Positions 1-13,386 of a DNA stretch of 64,000 nucleotides are shown one piece after another; the stretch's first letter is position 1, and every line of letters starts with the position of its first letter. The notes under the pieces were generated by a model. It was not told where the DNA came from. It ran no database searches and saw only the letters and a list, made by a program, of their open reading frames with translations. This DNA is from Amphiscolops sp. MND2022 (taxonomy: Eukaryota): the NCBI GenBank assembly GCA_964187785.1, contig OZ076409.1, forward strand, positions 66,094,001 through 66,158,000, given 5' to 3'. The position numbers and the translations under genes are program-made.

Positions 1-1749
1 AAAGCATTCGCTAGTGAAAGTAAACCCGCCGCCGTTTTTGAGTCAGCCGAGAGAAGTTTGAAAAAAGCTGATGGTGGCAAGCCTCCTCGTTTCAGTGACA
101 AGCGAAGAGCTACTGCATTGGCGGGCAACCAAAACTCAGTTAATGCTGATTCGTAGTGTGTGTGATTGCGGAAGGCGGTCGAGGTGTGAGTCAACAACAC
201 GAGAAGCAAGAGACTGTTGAAAGCGAGTGTTCAATAAAACTTCATATACAGTGAAAGGCGTGCTTCATCGGCAGTTATACGAAAAACAACGAATATCTCT
301 GGTTCCAAGCAAGGGGTCGGAATTCCGTGAAGAACTGAAACCAAATGACCGTGGGTTCCACGTTACGATTCTGCAGTGAACTCATTTGGACAAAATTTCG
401 AGTGTCCTCAACAGACCCGAAATGGAAATTTCAATAGCCGCTTGGTCAAGATTCAGAAAACAATCCCCTTAAATTTCAGAGTTGCTTTGTTGCGTTGAAG
501 AAAGACGTCTTCAATCAAAACAAATCTAACTCAAATGTTCTTTCCCATCACAAATTTGCGTTATATTTGTCCCAGCTGAAAATAATTGAGTTTTTATGTG
601 TAGTCTTTTTGGACAGAATCTAACTCGCTAGCGAAACATGAGAAAGCAGCCGTTGAGTATTATGATCCTGGAAACCGTTAACATTCGATCCGCCCGTTTT
701 TGACTTGGGTTCAAAGCAGTTTCATTTTGTGTCATTTTGAGAAAAGTACAAATACAGTGACTTGATACACTTCGGTACCAAAACGTTCAAAGAGTTCAAT
801 AACGAAAATTTTCAAGCGCAGTCCTTCAAATTTCGATCAGAATATTACAACAGTATTTTTGAAAGCGAATAAAAGTTATATCATTTGGCACATTGAATTT
901 TGACATTTTTCGAAAAGTTTCATGCATGACTCTTCTATAACTTGCATATAACATTTTCTGAAAACGTTCGAGATATGACACCGCAAAATGCGGATATTAA
1001 ATTTTGATTCCGTAAAGTTATTACATTAGTTCACTGAAAGCTTTGATAATCAAAAGGATGGATGCAAGGAGTCATCACTCCCTAGTATTTTTTACTCGAA
1101 TCCAGAGGTTTATTCTTCATTGAAGTGACAAAATTAATTGTCCAAGATTTGAGTCCTTTGCACTTTTTTGCATGAATTCGAACAAACTAATTCGAGGGAT
1201 TTTTTGGAAAACACCGTTAAACTTCCGGGTAATTCCCGCACTGAACTATTTCAGCAACAAACATTCAAAGAGTAAACCGTTTTACCTGATCTTCATTTCT
1301 TCATTTTTGGAAACCTTTCAGAGAAAAAATCAGCTGCCTTCATAAATACAAACGATACGGAAGACTTAAATACTTGCAGGAAAAAGTGCCATCATTTGAT
1401 ATATATTGAAGTTTGATGAAATAGAGAAGGAGATAGATTAAAATGGCACCAAGATCTAACTGATCAGGATTTCCTGCACTTGTTGTCCAGGACTCTATCA
1501 ATTAGACAGCTTCAATGCTGACACTGGACCACGTCACCGAAGATGCTGACGAGCAACAATGGTAAGTATATATTAACTATTTTCAGGAAAAAAAAACAGA
1601 AAAACAAAAAAATAAATTCTTTTGTTTTATTGACAATGAACTTGCTTTGTATCTTGAAATATTTGAATCAACAAACATCACCTTATTTATCTGAATTCTA
1701 GGATCCAGATTTTCTGGCTTGAAATAGCTGTACTGTATCCCCTTCAACG

Positions 1750-2900
1750 CCAGCTTCTCTCTGGTTTCTGATATTATATTTTGTTAACTGGTGATTGGAG
1801 AAACCAATAATAACATATCATTGGGCACTTACTGATTCTAAGCAATTTTTCAAAAGTTTAGATATTACCACAACTGCATATATGAAACGATTTTTCGTCG
1901 TTGATTTCTGTTGAAGGAACTCCATCTTCAGAGTATAGAATTGGAGTAAAGCAAATATGGTTTTTAAAAAACGCCGACAGATGATTTTTATTGAAAACAA
2001 TTCATATTGATTTCAAAAAATATATCCGTGCGCGATCCTGAATTCAATTAGAACTCTGCATATTAACAACGGTATCTACAAAGATGCTCAATTCTGTTTA
2101 AGGCTAAGTCTACGCATGATTACACATTCCCTACTCAGGATTATATATGAAAAGTTCCCGGAGAGAAACAAAACCAGGAAATAAGTGAAATCCAACGATA
2201 TTGATGAATTACATTCTTCAAGTTGGATTATTGGAAAGTGAATTCGATCAACCGAACGGTGCCAATCGTTCAATGAAATTGAAATCTAACAAAAACTCGA
2301 TTCCCAAATGTATCAAGTTTTTTGGTGAGTTTGTCCACTAAGCTGTTCGAATGGAAACCACAGTTCCGACAAATCAAGTGAAACTTCATTGCTTCATGAG
2401 TGTGAAGAAGAGAATGGCCCATGATAAGGATGAAACGGCTGTCGATTTGTGATGGAGCTGAAACTGTTGATCAAGTAAAAGAACCCAATTTTCTGTAATG
2501 TTTTATTGGACATTGGATCATCAATAGAATTGATTGACGCACCAGAAATAATCCCCTAGTTGAGCCTTCAAGGATTATTTGCCAATTTTTAGCAGAACTA
2601 TCAAATATTAGAAGACTTGGCATCGTTTGGATTTGCTTGAAGTAAACTCTTCGTTTTGAGTGCTTCAAATGTTTTCTTCAAAGATCCTTGCCGAAATTTT
2701 CAATGTAGTGTCTGATCTGGTTCTCTTCAGCCATAGAATACGGCGATGACGTGTCTTTGAAATATGAGAACCTCAAACGTTTGTACATGAAGCATCTGAT
2801 TTCGAGATTTCTACTGTTGTAGAAAACATTCTCCAGTTCTGCAGCTAAAGACGACACAACTTCGGAAACAATCAATAACCCAATTTCGATTCGCGACTCA
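1750..2900 (-). pseudogene. Heavily decayed piggyBac-like transposase relic
   Basis: Minus-strand fragments in different frames resemble piggyBac motifs in the expected order: KRLRFSYFKD..NQIRHYI, CPIKHYRKLG (cf. QYxPxKPxKxG), IGTVR/DRIHFP. Many stops and frameshifts; boundaries approximate. Confidence 0.4.
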
Positions 2901-3649
2901 TTATAGCGCAAAACCAGCATGGCCATTGACAAATTCAAAACCCACTGACCTCGCAATCTGATTGAAATTTCAAATAGAAAAAAAACCTGTAACGGCCGAA
3001 GTCGGCGACTCGTTCGATGGTCAAAAAGAAGAATCTTTTGAATATATTCAAGAAACTCTCTCCAGTAACACAGTACCAAAAATAAATATTCAAAAGGGAT
3101 TTTCTGAGACTCGACAAAACTTTCACTAGAAACGTTTGAAAACCAAGCTCGAGGCAAGAAATTATCGAAAAACGTCATACAGCTCTTGGAACTCGACAAA
3201 GGTGAAAGACCCCTAAATTAGGCTTACAAAAACTCACATTTCAGAAAAAATTTCATTTCGAACAACACTGAAAATATCAAAGACCGTGAAGGGGGACACT
3301 TTGGTCAAATGATTTTTTCCACAAAAGTCGCACAGTGAGAAAACCCTTTGACCTATTCTACTGTTGCGAACGTTGAACGTACCGTGTTATCAAAGTTAGC
3401 ACGTCATATCCAAAAAAATGTTGGGAAATTAATGAAGGTATTTTTATTCAAAGTTTTTTGGGAAGACAGTGGAAAACAGTTTTAACGCCAATTGAAGTAG
3501 GTTTCACTATTGGGGAAAAATTGACAGATTATATTTTTTCGAAAGCGGTTGATCGCTTTTTCAAAAACAGATCCACATCTGCTGTGATTGAGTATACTGA
3601 AACTTTTGTGCTCCCAACTTGCTCTTCCAGCTGCTGCTGATTAAGCTAA

Positions 3650-4115
3650 AAAACCGGGAACTGCGTAAGTCGGCGCCATATGTAAGGCTCAAAAATAGCA
3701 AAAGGACTTCAAAGTGTCAAGTATTTTTACATTACCCGAAAACCAAAACGTTGGACCAAATTGGCGCGCCGGGGGCCCGCTATCCTGGGCCCCTGGCGTG
3801 CTAAAAAGAGGACCTTCGGAATGAACATCCTTTGTTGTAAAACATCAAAAAATTGAAGGAGGGGCCCTTTGGGGGTAAAATCCGAAAGAGTCTCAATGCC
3901 GTAAAAACTGACATAGGGGACCCTTTAGTCCCGCCCGGTACTGTATGTTACGCTGGAAAAAGGGAATAACTATTATATTTCAGTCCCGTTTGCCCAATTA
4001 CAATTTGGCACTTTAAAGTTTCATAGAACTTTGTAGAACTATTTTGTTAGTTCGTGTGAATTGAGGAAAAAGTCACTATTATAGTCGCGTTTCCCTCCAT
4101 GAAGCGCCGACTACA
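3650..4115. repeat. Copy of the dominant dispersed non-autonomous repeat (Helentron/HINE-like)
   Basis: AGTCGGCGCCATATGTAAGGCTCAAAAA at one end and AAGCGCCGACTA at the other; the same family recurs at least 8 times in the window. Confidence 0.75.
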
Positions 4116-5599
4116 AAATACAGGATACATGAAAACTGCGACGAGAGAACCTAGAATGTTCATAAGTGTTCATAAGAACCTGTAGCCAGAAAAATCCACA
4201 ATTTTGAAGAACGTGATGTGCCCGGTAAATGTGACTTTCACTTTTTTCTAGAATTTTTTTTTCTGGAATTTTTGCGTAATTGGAAACACGATTTTTCCAA
4301 GGTGGCCAGTTTTACGGAGGTTTCGCTTTTTATTGTTTCTGCGATAGCATGAATATTATTGAAATCCGAATTATTGAACTTTTTTTCAGTTCAATTTTTG
4401 TCCTGATTTTGAATACTTACTGAAATGTCAGATATTTTGTTCAGCAGCAAGTATAAGCGTGAGGTTTAAATTTCGTTTCTCGTGCCATGGAACGAGTAAG
4501 TGGTAAATATGCATTCGTACGCCTAGTTATTGATATGAAGTGAACAAATTGTAATTATTCGTTCGCCGAAAGCTTCGCCTGCATTCAAATGCGAATGCGA
4601 AACTTCGTCTATGCTTAGTAGTTAAAATTACTTCAGTCCCAGAAAATTACTCAACTGCTAGGTTAAGTGTTTGGAAAAATTAAAACGAATGTATGACAAG
4701 CTAAATTTGTCACGTGACTAGAATGGAAAGAAAAGATATTTCCAAGACTAAGTTCAAGAATTATGGAGAAAAGTTGATGCTGAAAAGACATTAGATGTTT
4801 TCTAACCTAATGTAGGAAATATTATTATTTTCCGCCCATATTTCATATGGGAAAGGAAAATATTTAAATCAAACGGGTTTTTTTTTTTACAAAATTTGCC
4901 AAGATTTTATTTATTTTTAAATTTAAGGGTGTTACCCATAGAATTCAACCCACATAAATTTAGCTTCGTGCGATATGTATTTGTAGAGATTTTTGAAGTT
5001 TTTTTAAAAAATGACGAAAATGACGAAAATGACCCCTTAATGACAAAATGACCCCTTAATGACAAAATGACCCCGAAAATGACAAAAATTCCCAAATTTC
5101 TCATTTTTAAACATTTTTATGCAATTTTTGCCATTTTTTGAGACACCGCGAATTAGAAAAATGGACAAGATGAATCGAAGCTTTCTTTTCTTCGAACTTC
5201 TCAGCGTTTTTATAGTGCATTAGTTATTCTTGAGCCTCAAATTTATGTAGTTGTAGAACAGTTCGGGGCGGAAAATATCCCGCTCCTCAGCGGGCGTCTT
5301 GTTTATATGAACGAAACGAAACGCAATTTGCTCGAAAAGTCGGTACGACGTTCGGGCAACGTACTCTTGGAGTTAAACTTCATGAAATGAATGGAGGAAA
5401 GGGCAAGCTGACTTTAGCTCTGAATTTGGAATTCGGAGATGGAAAACAGTTCTATCACTCATCTTAAACCACAGCTTCAGTCTAATTTAAAAATTCTTCA
5501 CAAAACTGACAGTTTCATGATCTCTTAGAGATTCCGTTTTTTTTCTGATTGAGCTTTCATTTTAACCAAGACAATTTACAATTGCAAAGAGACATCTCC

Positions 5600-6875
5600 G
5601 TGTGTATTAAGATTAGCTATAGCTGACGAACGGCTGACGGAGGGGTTGCCGAGAGCTCAGAAAATCATTCCAATTCTCTAGCTAGTGACGTCGCGCAATT
5701 GTTCTAATTGGCTTGAGCGCAAATACGTTACCTAAGCCGCAACGTTATTGGCCCGTTGAGCAAGTGATGCTACTAGTTCTGCTGAGTATCAGTATTGGTT
5801 CTGCTGAGGGACGCGTCCATTGCGTTGCAATTGTTTACTTAAATTACAAACTTGTGATCTCAGTAAATTCTGACAACTGTTTCGAACTAAATCGTACTGT
5901 TTTGGATATTCGTTTTCATTTCTCAGGTTGTATTTTATCCGTTGGGATTGCGGATCTAAATGTTGTTTTTGGTTTTCAATTTCAGGTTAAGGAAAGATTG
6001 GTCTAGAAAACTGTCCAGGAATCGAAAGTGAAAATTAGTCGCGTGTGAAATGTTAAATCGGACGTTTTAGTTCAAAATTCACTGAGTTCTAAATTTACGT
6101 TTTGCGTACGTTAAATTTTGTGTTTCAAATTCAACTGTGTTGTAAGTAGAGTTTAAACTAACTTTAAAATCCTTTACGACTCCGTGGCCTCGCTCTTGTA
6201 GCCTTTTTTGTAAGCCGAGCTGGCAAGAGTTGCACCAGCTGGAAGTAGACTGTGACGTTCGTATCGCTAGGGACCGAATAAAATAGTACGAATAATGAGG
6301 AATACGAAATCACACAATGGGGGTCTCAGACACGTACGAAGTAACCGGATACGAACTAGCCGGAAATGACTGTATAAAATTTTCTGAGCGTAGCATAAGA
6401 TCTTACAGGAGTAAAGGAAACAATAGATTCTAGCGCGGAGAAATTTGACCTAGCTTTGTAGGTATGCAATTTTTGCTTCAATTAGGAGTCACGAGTGATC
6501 CCTGGAAATTTTCAGATATTTCGCAGTCAGTTGGCAGGTCTGGGCCAGAGATTTTTTAGTCTGGGTTCAAGTCCGGGCACTGATTTTTTAGTTTGGGCCT
6601 GTTCTGGGCCAGAGGATTTGCACCAAAAGGTTGTCACTGGGTTTGCTCTGTCAGACTCGGGGCCGGATCTGGCCCCAGACTGAGAAATCCCTGGAATGGT
6701 AACCCGTGAAAATTTTCATGGATCATTCGGAATACTTTTTTTGCCTTAATCATATAATTCTTGTTCCCAATCCCCAATAGGTTCACTTGACTGCTGTCGA
6801 GTTTTGTGTTGAACGAAGTTTTCACTTCATTTCAGTAAACTTGGACTCGAAGTGCGAGAACTCTTACAACACACG
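5600..6875. repeat. Possible solo LTR (with an internal small insertion near 6500-6695)
   Basis: Bounded by inverted CGTGTGT...ACACACG; AATAAA near 6277 and an LTR-like end (AGTAAA...TTACAACA). No partner copy in the window. Confidence 0.25.
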
Positions 6876-8314
6876 ACAATGTATTGAGTGTCGTTCATAT
6901 TTCGTTTCTTGATTAACGCTATCGCGGTTCGTCTGATCGCCACAAAAAGATACAGTTCTTCTGAAGGTCAACCTAGAATCCTAAAATCTTTTGGCGAACC
7001 AGCAGACATCAAAAAGTATGAAATGTCACGTTCAGTTTTTCCAATGTAGTTAAATAGCTTGCAAAATTGTTTGAGTGAGAAATTTTTTCTTGTTGTTCGA
7101 TTTTAGGTGCATACTTTCATATTTCACGGCTGAGATATTTTAATGGTGATAAAACGCCCCTGAAACGATGCATTCAACAAAGATTATTATTCGTGATATT
7201 AGAATTTTGAATTTTTCAAAACAAAAAACAACTGCATTGGTTTTGAATTCGATTCCTCGCTAAAGAGCTCAACAATTAGGAGGGGAGGATACAGCAATGT
7301 ATCGAAAACCTCCTTTCCCTTGGAGGTGATAACCCACTGAGTGGAAGTGTATCAACCTCGAATGTCACTTTATCCTTATATGGCAAGCTGTGAATTCACT
7401 CAGACCTTTCATTGCACTGGAATGACAAATCTGAGGGGAAAAGACGTGAAATGGTTTGTCTGTTTTGGTTTGCAATAAATATTGAAACTGTTGGATTTAG
7501 ATTGAAGATCATGCGTGATTAAACCTTGTCTCGTATATACTCCTATGCTCCCTGAAGCGCTGTGTGCATGTATGCTTTCTCTTAACTCCCAGCTGCATTC
7601 CGCTTGAATCTTTGTCAGGGGCCGATTTATCAATAAGTACGGGAAAGGTTTGCAAACACTTCGTTCACGTGCAAATCCCCAGAGAATATAATGGAAGAAA
7701 GAAAACCAAGACCTCGTTCCGGTTCGACCCCTCTAAGATAGCTCTGTTCAAATACCCTCGAAGGGTTTATGTCTTGTTTTAGCACCAGCACGTGTTAACA
7801 CGGCCGTGATTTTCATTTTCACACCACCAATTTTGGTGCTAAATCAGCTGTTGGTGGAAAGTTAATCTGTTTTATCAACTATTCAGTGAAATTCAATTTG
7901 TATTGAGCTGCGTTTTAGATGTTACTTAGGAATTATATTGAAGGCTTTAAAGAGGGCCCATCTTTAAACGCTCGTTGTCTGCTTATTAAGCAAACCCAGT
8001 TATCAGTCCTCAAAATCTTTTTGTAACCCTTTATCAGCGCTGTCTGCAAATCTTAAAGATGAACTCACTAAACAATGACTGTGTATCAGCTAAATTAACT
8101 ATCTTTCTAAACTTTAATCGAAGTCTCCGCCGTCGTTTCAGCCCATAAATATTATAAATTTTCGGCCTTCTTTAAATCATTGACCGTCCTGCGATTTTGG
8201 GCTCAAATTAAACTCTAAATTTGGGGCTCATTTGAACCCTTGTGTCTATTGTGCGAATAAATTTGAAATTATCATAATCACATACTTCATTAATTTCCAG
8301 CACAACCAAGCAGC

Positions 8315-8323
8315 TATAAATAG
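8315..8323 (+). promoter_or_regulatory. Candidate TATA box of the VPS10-family gene
   Basis: TATAAATAG 55 nt upstream of the signal-peptide ATG at 8370. Confidence 0.45.
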
Positions 8324-8369
8324 AACCAATTCTTTTACTCAATATTTTTCATTATTTTCAACCGTTATC

Positions 8370-8474
8370 ATGATCAACTTAGTAGCCTTTTTAAGTATTT
8401 TATCATCAACTTTCATCGGAGTTTCTCAGCAGTTTGAGTGTCAATATGATGGGGATATTATTGACAAACAACAG
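8370..8474 (+). CDS. VPS10/sortilin-family gene, putative exon 1 (signal peptide)
   Basis: MINLVAFLSILSSTFIGVSQQFECQYDGDIIDKQQ: hydrophobic signal-peptide-like start; ends CAG|GCAAGG (GC donor, phase 0). Linkage to downstream exons is inferred from phase and from the need for a signal peptide. Confidence 0.6.
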
Positions 8475-8512
8475 GCAAGGGTTTTAAAATAAACATATTT
8501 TAAAAAGTTCTA

Positions 8513-8638
8513 GGACACTACGCCCAAAGACATTACGCTCAAAGCGGACATTACGCCAAATAATTTGAAAGATTGTTGTATGAATAATAATTGGGCGAAA
8601 TGTCCGCTTTGGGCGAAATGTCCTTGGGCGTAATGTCC
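8513..8638. mobile_element. Small foldback MITE
   Basis: GGACA(C/T)TACGCCCAA units on the left mirrored by TTGGGCG(A/T)AATGTCC units on the right. Confidence 0.7.
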
Positions 8639-9511
8639 GGACACCATTTTTAAAACTTTCATAGCAAATTTTTTAGTCTTGGTGATTTCTTCGCTAGCTT
8701 CCACTGGTAACGCAGGATTATTAAACCTCTTTCATCAATACTTTTGAACACCTGTATTTTGCACAAAAACTTTGAAAAGTGTCGAAACTCACGGTGATGC
8801 CTTTTAAATGTTACTTCACACCTTTTTTTGACACGAAATGAAGAACAATTGGTTTTAAAGAATATCTTTAGATAAATTTTCAACATACGATTTGAACAAT
8901 TTTGCTTGATTTTTGAGTTATAACTCAAAAATCAATCGAAAATTACTGACGAAATTTATATTTTTCAACGAATGAATAAAAATTAGAGACAAATGCTTCT
9001 GCACACGACATAGGGGCATGATTTCTGAAATGAACGGTTTCATTTTTCAGCACTTTAAATAAATAATTTCATTGTTTGTATATTTTCAAAGATATTTCCA
9101 GGAATAAAAATTTGTTTTTCTGAAAACCCCTGCCATCATTGAAGGCCATTTTTGACGAGGCCCTTTCTCAACCTCTGGTGACCCAACAAGAAGCCATTTT
9201 CTTCGACGAGGTCGACTTTGATGACTACGACTACTTCCATCGATCCTTTTACCCTGACCCTCTCGATTTGAACTGTAAGTTAATGAAACTCGATAAGAGA
9301 ACTGCAACTCCACCTACAAGATAATAATAGTCTACCGGAGAGTTTTGCGAGCTCCATATTCAATCAATCACTCATTGCAATGTTAAGTAAATTTCGCTAG
9401 CCGATGAGAATTGTGACCCTGGAAACATCTGTCTTACCAGTAGCAAGAGCTAGTAGAAAAGCAGTATTGAAATGATTTTTAAGAAGTCAGAAGTTGTTTC
9501 GTAGTTTTTAA

Positions 9512-10131
9512 CCCTAAATAGACGGGTAAATTTCTGGATCCATCCAAAAATCTGGTGCTTCAACTTTAAACCACAATATCTCCTGAACTAATCAAGTTCG
9601 ACAAGCGATTTTTAGCGCGTTCGAAAGAAGACAATCAGGGCTTTCAAATTACTTCTTGAACTGCTGGGCTAGGGGCCCGCTAACGGGGCCTCTTATCCGC
9701 AAACTTTTTTTGCGCGAAGTCCTCCGCTGGCGTGCGGCTTCGCCGCACTGGCTCAGGACTTTGAGTCAAAACTTTGCACGCCTCGTGCCTCTGACTACAC
9801 TTCAGCGTGTTTGAAAACATGCTAGAGCCACTTTGGCTCAATCTTGATACCAGTGGGATAAAGTGGCCACAAACGAAAACTTGAAAACGGAAACACTGCG
9901 CTCTTGAAAAGCGGAAAAACTTGAAAACGGAAATATTTTTTTTTTGATTTGTTGGTCCCGTCTTCTCACTTTCGGAGACATCAAGTCAATATTCGGTGAA
10001 AAGGCGAGCAATGCTATGTGAAATTGTCTGAAAATCTTATTCACTAGTTTTCATTACCATGCGGTCAACTGGTGCCTTCAGAATATTGCACAAAGTAACT
10101 GGTACGAAATCGTACCGTTGTCCATTTAGGG
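9512..10131. mobile_element. piggyBac-type MITE
   Basis: TTAA|CCCTAAATAGAC ... GTCCATTTAGGG|TTAA: terminal inverted repeats and TTAA target duplication. Confidence 0.8.
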
Positions 10132-10434
10132 TTAATATGGAGTATGAAGAAGTTGTATAAGTTCACTGGATGTTTTACTTTTTGAACAAATCTGATAAAG
10201 TTTGAGAATAAAACGTTAAACTACCTAATATACGAAAAAAATCGGTTCAAAACCTTTTCTCTTTGAGTCTTGTAGGTTTTTGTTCGCAACCTTTCTTGCA
10301 CAGGTGGATATCGACTGCGACAGTGCAATATGGGGGAAAGAACCATCTTAAATTAGCATTTTTTCGAATGATGGGAGTGAGTACTTTCTGGAATTCAGAG
10401 ATGGGTGTTCGCTAGCAATGGTACTTAGAGAGTG

Positions 10435-10470
<36 letters not shown>

Positions 10471-10548
10471 AAAGACTCAATTCCAATTACGGAAATTATT
10501 TAACAAAGAAAGAAATAATTATAGCGAACAAAACATAAATCAGGTGAA

Positions 10549-13386
10549 TTAGGACCTACAACAAGTGCACATACATTTGAGGTAGAAGCAACAAGAATTA
10601 TCGATGTTAAAATTCTTTGTTAGCATACTGAAATAACAGTCAAGAGATAATTTTAAAGATGATAGAGACATGGTTAAAGATATAACATTTTGACTTAAGA
10701 GAAAGTTTACAGAACGTGTGGCTCGTACGAAGAAGTTAGCGTTTGAGCCAAGTTTTTTTGTATCAGGGATAATAAATTGATTGGCCGAAGATGCACGCGT
10801 ACAAGAGGCAACATTAGATGGACAGTATTCACAATCAACATCACTATTGTAAATTTTCCACAGTAGAATCACGTCAGCTTTGATGAGTTGGTAGCAGATT
10901 GGAAGAAACTGTAGCTGGAGCAGACCTGAAACATAGTCCTCTGATGAAAACATCCATTTCAAAACTTTATATTGGAATTTTTCTAGTCTTGCAATATACG
11001 TGGAGGAGGGAGACCACACAGGGGAACCGTAAAGAAGAACAGATAAAATAAGACTTTGATAAAGCAGTTTCTTTCTGACAAAAGAACAATTGAATGGAAC
11101 ATTTCTACGAAGAAACCCAAATATTTTTCGAGCAGTGGCTAATTTATGGTCAATGTGGCTGTTCCAGCTTAGATTGTGAGTAATCAGGAAGCCCAAATCT
11201 TTTATATTGTCGACCACCGGAAGATCATTGTCGCCAAGAATGAATGACTCATCGAAAGACGAGGAACCAAAAGGTAAAATTTTGCATTTTGAAGGGTGAA
11301 AAATCAGACCGTTGGCAATACTCCAAAGATACAAGTTGTCAATATCACTTTGAATTTGGCGGGGATCAACATCGAACAACACCTTCATATCATCAGCAAA
11401 CAAGAAAGGAGTACCATAAACTATTAAGTTCGGCATATCGTTTACAAACAGGATAAACAGTAATGGACCCAGTACACTGCCTTGCGGTACACCAGAAGAA
11501 ACGGTTATTTTACTGGAGAAGGTATTATTAAGTTTTACACACTGGGAGCGTTCATCCAGGTAAGAAGAGAACAAGCGAATAAAATCTGGACAGAACCCGA
11601 ATTTCACAAGTTTTTGCAGAAGTAAGTGATGAGGCACTGAGTCGAAAGCTTTTCTGACGTCGAAATATGCAGCTAATGACGGTACGTTGGAATCAATATT
11701 ACGGTAGACTTTATCAAGATATAATATCATCTGCGTTACAGTACTTCGTTTTGTCATGAAGCCGTGCTGGTTTTTAGTAATCGAATTTCGGACTTTTGGA
11801 TAAATAAAATTGAAAAGTATACGTTCCAAAATAAGAGACAATTTAGGCAAAATACTTATTGGTCGATAGTTTTCTATCTGCGTTCGCGGACCATCTTTGT
11901 GAAGAGGAGTAACAAAAGACAACTTCCACATAGCAGGCCAAGTTCTATTGTGTAAAACCCAGTTGAAGAGTTCAGTAACTATGGGAGTGAGGATCTGAGA
12001 ACATCGATATAAAATGAAGGAGGGAATAAGATCTGGACCAAGGGATGACGAATCATTGCATTGACTGAGCATGAAAGTAACAGTTTCCGCCCGAATAGAA
12101 ACATCATCAAGACAAATTTTGTGATCTGAAGACATGAAAAGAGTAGGTGGGTTGATGGTTTTGGGACCAAATACTGATCCGAAGTAGTTATTAAAACAGG
12201 TTGCTTTCTCACTTTCAGTATGTAAAACTTGATCTTCAAAGTACATAACAGAAGGATATGATTGACTAAAACCTAGTGAACGCAGAAGTTTGAAACAGTC
12301 TGTTGGCGACTTTAAGCTGAATTGCTCAATGTAAATGTGTTTGTCAAGTTCAATAGATTCAGAGAGGGCACGTGTCAACTCAATATGCTTGATTGAATTG
12401 TGGAGCGACCAACCTTTGTTCAATTTTGTTTGGTTAGTTCTAACAAGATTGAGAATATGGATTGTATGTGATGAGTAGAAAGCTGGAAAATGAAGTCTTT
12501 TGGAACGCTTGAGCTGCAGAGAGCTTCCAATAGATTGGGTTAAAAGTTCATACCATTCGTAAGGATAACAGGGATTAGACAAGTTATCAAGTGTTATGAA
12601 ATTGAATAAGGTTTCAAGATTACTGTTGAAAAGGAATTGGTCAAAAGAAGATTTGGAGAACGATTCAGTACAAACTGGTTTAGGCAGGCAGCAAGACGTA
12701 TAGAATAATATTGGAAAATGATCAGAAAACAACTGTTGGTGAACATTGAAAAAGCTAGTGTCGTCATTTGTTAGAATCAGGTCAAGAATATTTCCCAACT
12801 TATGAGTCGGGGTATCGATTAACTGCGAAACTGCTAACAGGTCAGAGGTTTCAATAAACTCTTGCTCATTAGTATTTGATGATGTTAGATTAATCCAATC
12901 GATTTCAGGAAAATTGAAATCGCCAAGAATGTATAAGATATAATCTTCACCAAAACCACATTGATAACTCATTGTGGCAAATTTCGTATTATAAGAATGT
13001 AGACATGATGTCAAAACCTTGCAGTCTATGCGGTATTCAGATGTAGAAGGTGGGAAATAAATAAGAACGAAGCATATGAGTTTCACGTCAACAACAACAC
13101 AGGCTACAGAGAATTCGTAGTCGACAATAGAAACATCCATAATATTCAGGTTGACATCATTTGAGGCACCAATCAAAACACCACCATGAGAGCCAAAAGA
13201 ACGGTCAGAGCGAGAGATAACAGTGAAAGAATTGCCCAGAAAAACCTCAGAATTCACTACGTCATTTGAAAGCCATGTTTCCGTTAAGAAGACTAAAGAA
13301 ACAGTGTTGACAGTACATAACTTGTTCAAATTTTGCCTCTTTTCAATGCTACAGATTGACTGACAATTCACCAAAAGACAGTTTAG
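10549..13386 (-). CDS. LINE ORF2: AP endonuclease + reverse transcriptase
   Basis: APE motifs LTETW, GGVL, GDFN, LDLIL, SDH; RT motifs NYRPIS, QHGF, KAFDSV, GVPQGSVLGPLLF, FADD, KDLG. No stops over ~945 codons. Confidence 0.95.
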   Translation of the reverse strand, partial: LNCLLVNCQSICSIEKRQNLNKLCTVNTVSLVFLTETWLSNDVVNSEVFLGNSFTVISRSDRSFGSHGGVLIGASNDVNLNIMDVSIVDYEFSVACVVVDVKLICFVLIYFPPSTSEYRIDCKVLTSCLHSYNTKFATMSYQCGFGEDYILYILGDFNFPEIDWINLTSSNTNEQEFIETSDLLAVSQLIDTPTHKLGNILDLILTNDDTSFFNVHQQLFSDHFPILFYTSCCLPKPVCTESFSKSSFDQFLFNSNLETLFNFITLDNLSNPCYPYEWYELLTQSIGSSLQLKRSKRLHFPAFYSSHTIHILNLVRTNQTKLNKGWSLHNSIKHIELTRALSESIELDKHIYIEQFSLKSPTDCFKLLRSLGFSQSYPSVMYFEDQVLHTESEKATCFNNYFGSVFGPKTINPPTLFMSSDHKICLDDVSIRAETVTFMLSQCNDSSSLGPDLIPSFILYRCSQILTPIVTELFNWVLHNRTWPAMWKLSFVTPLHKDGPRTQIENYRPISILPKLSLILERILFNFIYPKVRNSITKNQHGFMTKRSTVTQMILYLDKVYRNIDSNVPSLAAYFDVRKAFDSVPHHLLLQKLVKFGFCPDFIRLFSSYLDERSQCVKLNNTFSSKITVSSGVPQGSVLGPLLFILFVNDMPNLIVYGTPFLFADDMKVLFDVDPRQIQSDIDNLYLWSIANGLIFHPSKCKILPFGSSSFDESFILGDNDLPVVDNIKDLGFLITHNLSWNSHIDHKLATARKIFGFLRRNVPFNCSFVRKKLLYQSLILSVLLYGSPVWSPSSTYIARLEKFQYKVLKWMFSSEDYVSGLLQLQFLPICYQLIKADVILLWKIYNSDVDCEYCPSNVASCTRASSANQFIIPDTKKLGSNANFFVRATRSVNFLLSQNVISLTMSLSSLKLSLDCYFSMLTKNFNIDNSCCFYLKCMCTCCRS

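Noticed and set aside
1..368. LTR fragment at the window edge
   Set aside because: AATAAA and composition are suggestive, but there is no partner, PBS or TSD to support it.
9086..9324. Short ORFs on both strands and a GTAAGT donor at 9275 as a host exon
   Set aside because: No acceptor gives an open frame into it; no recognisable domain.
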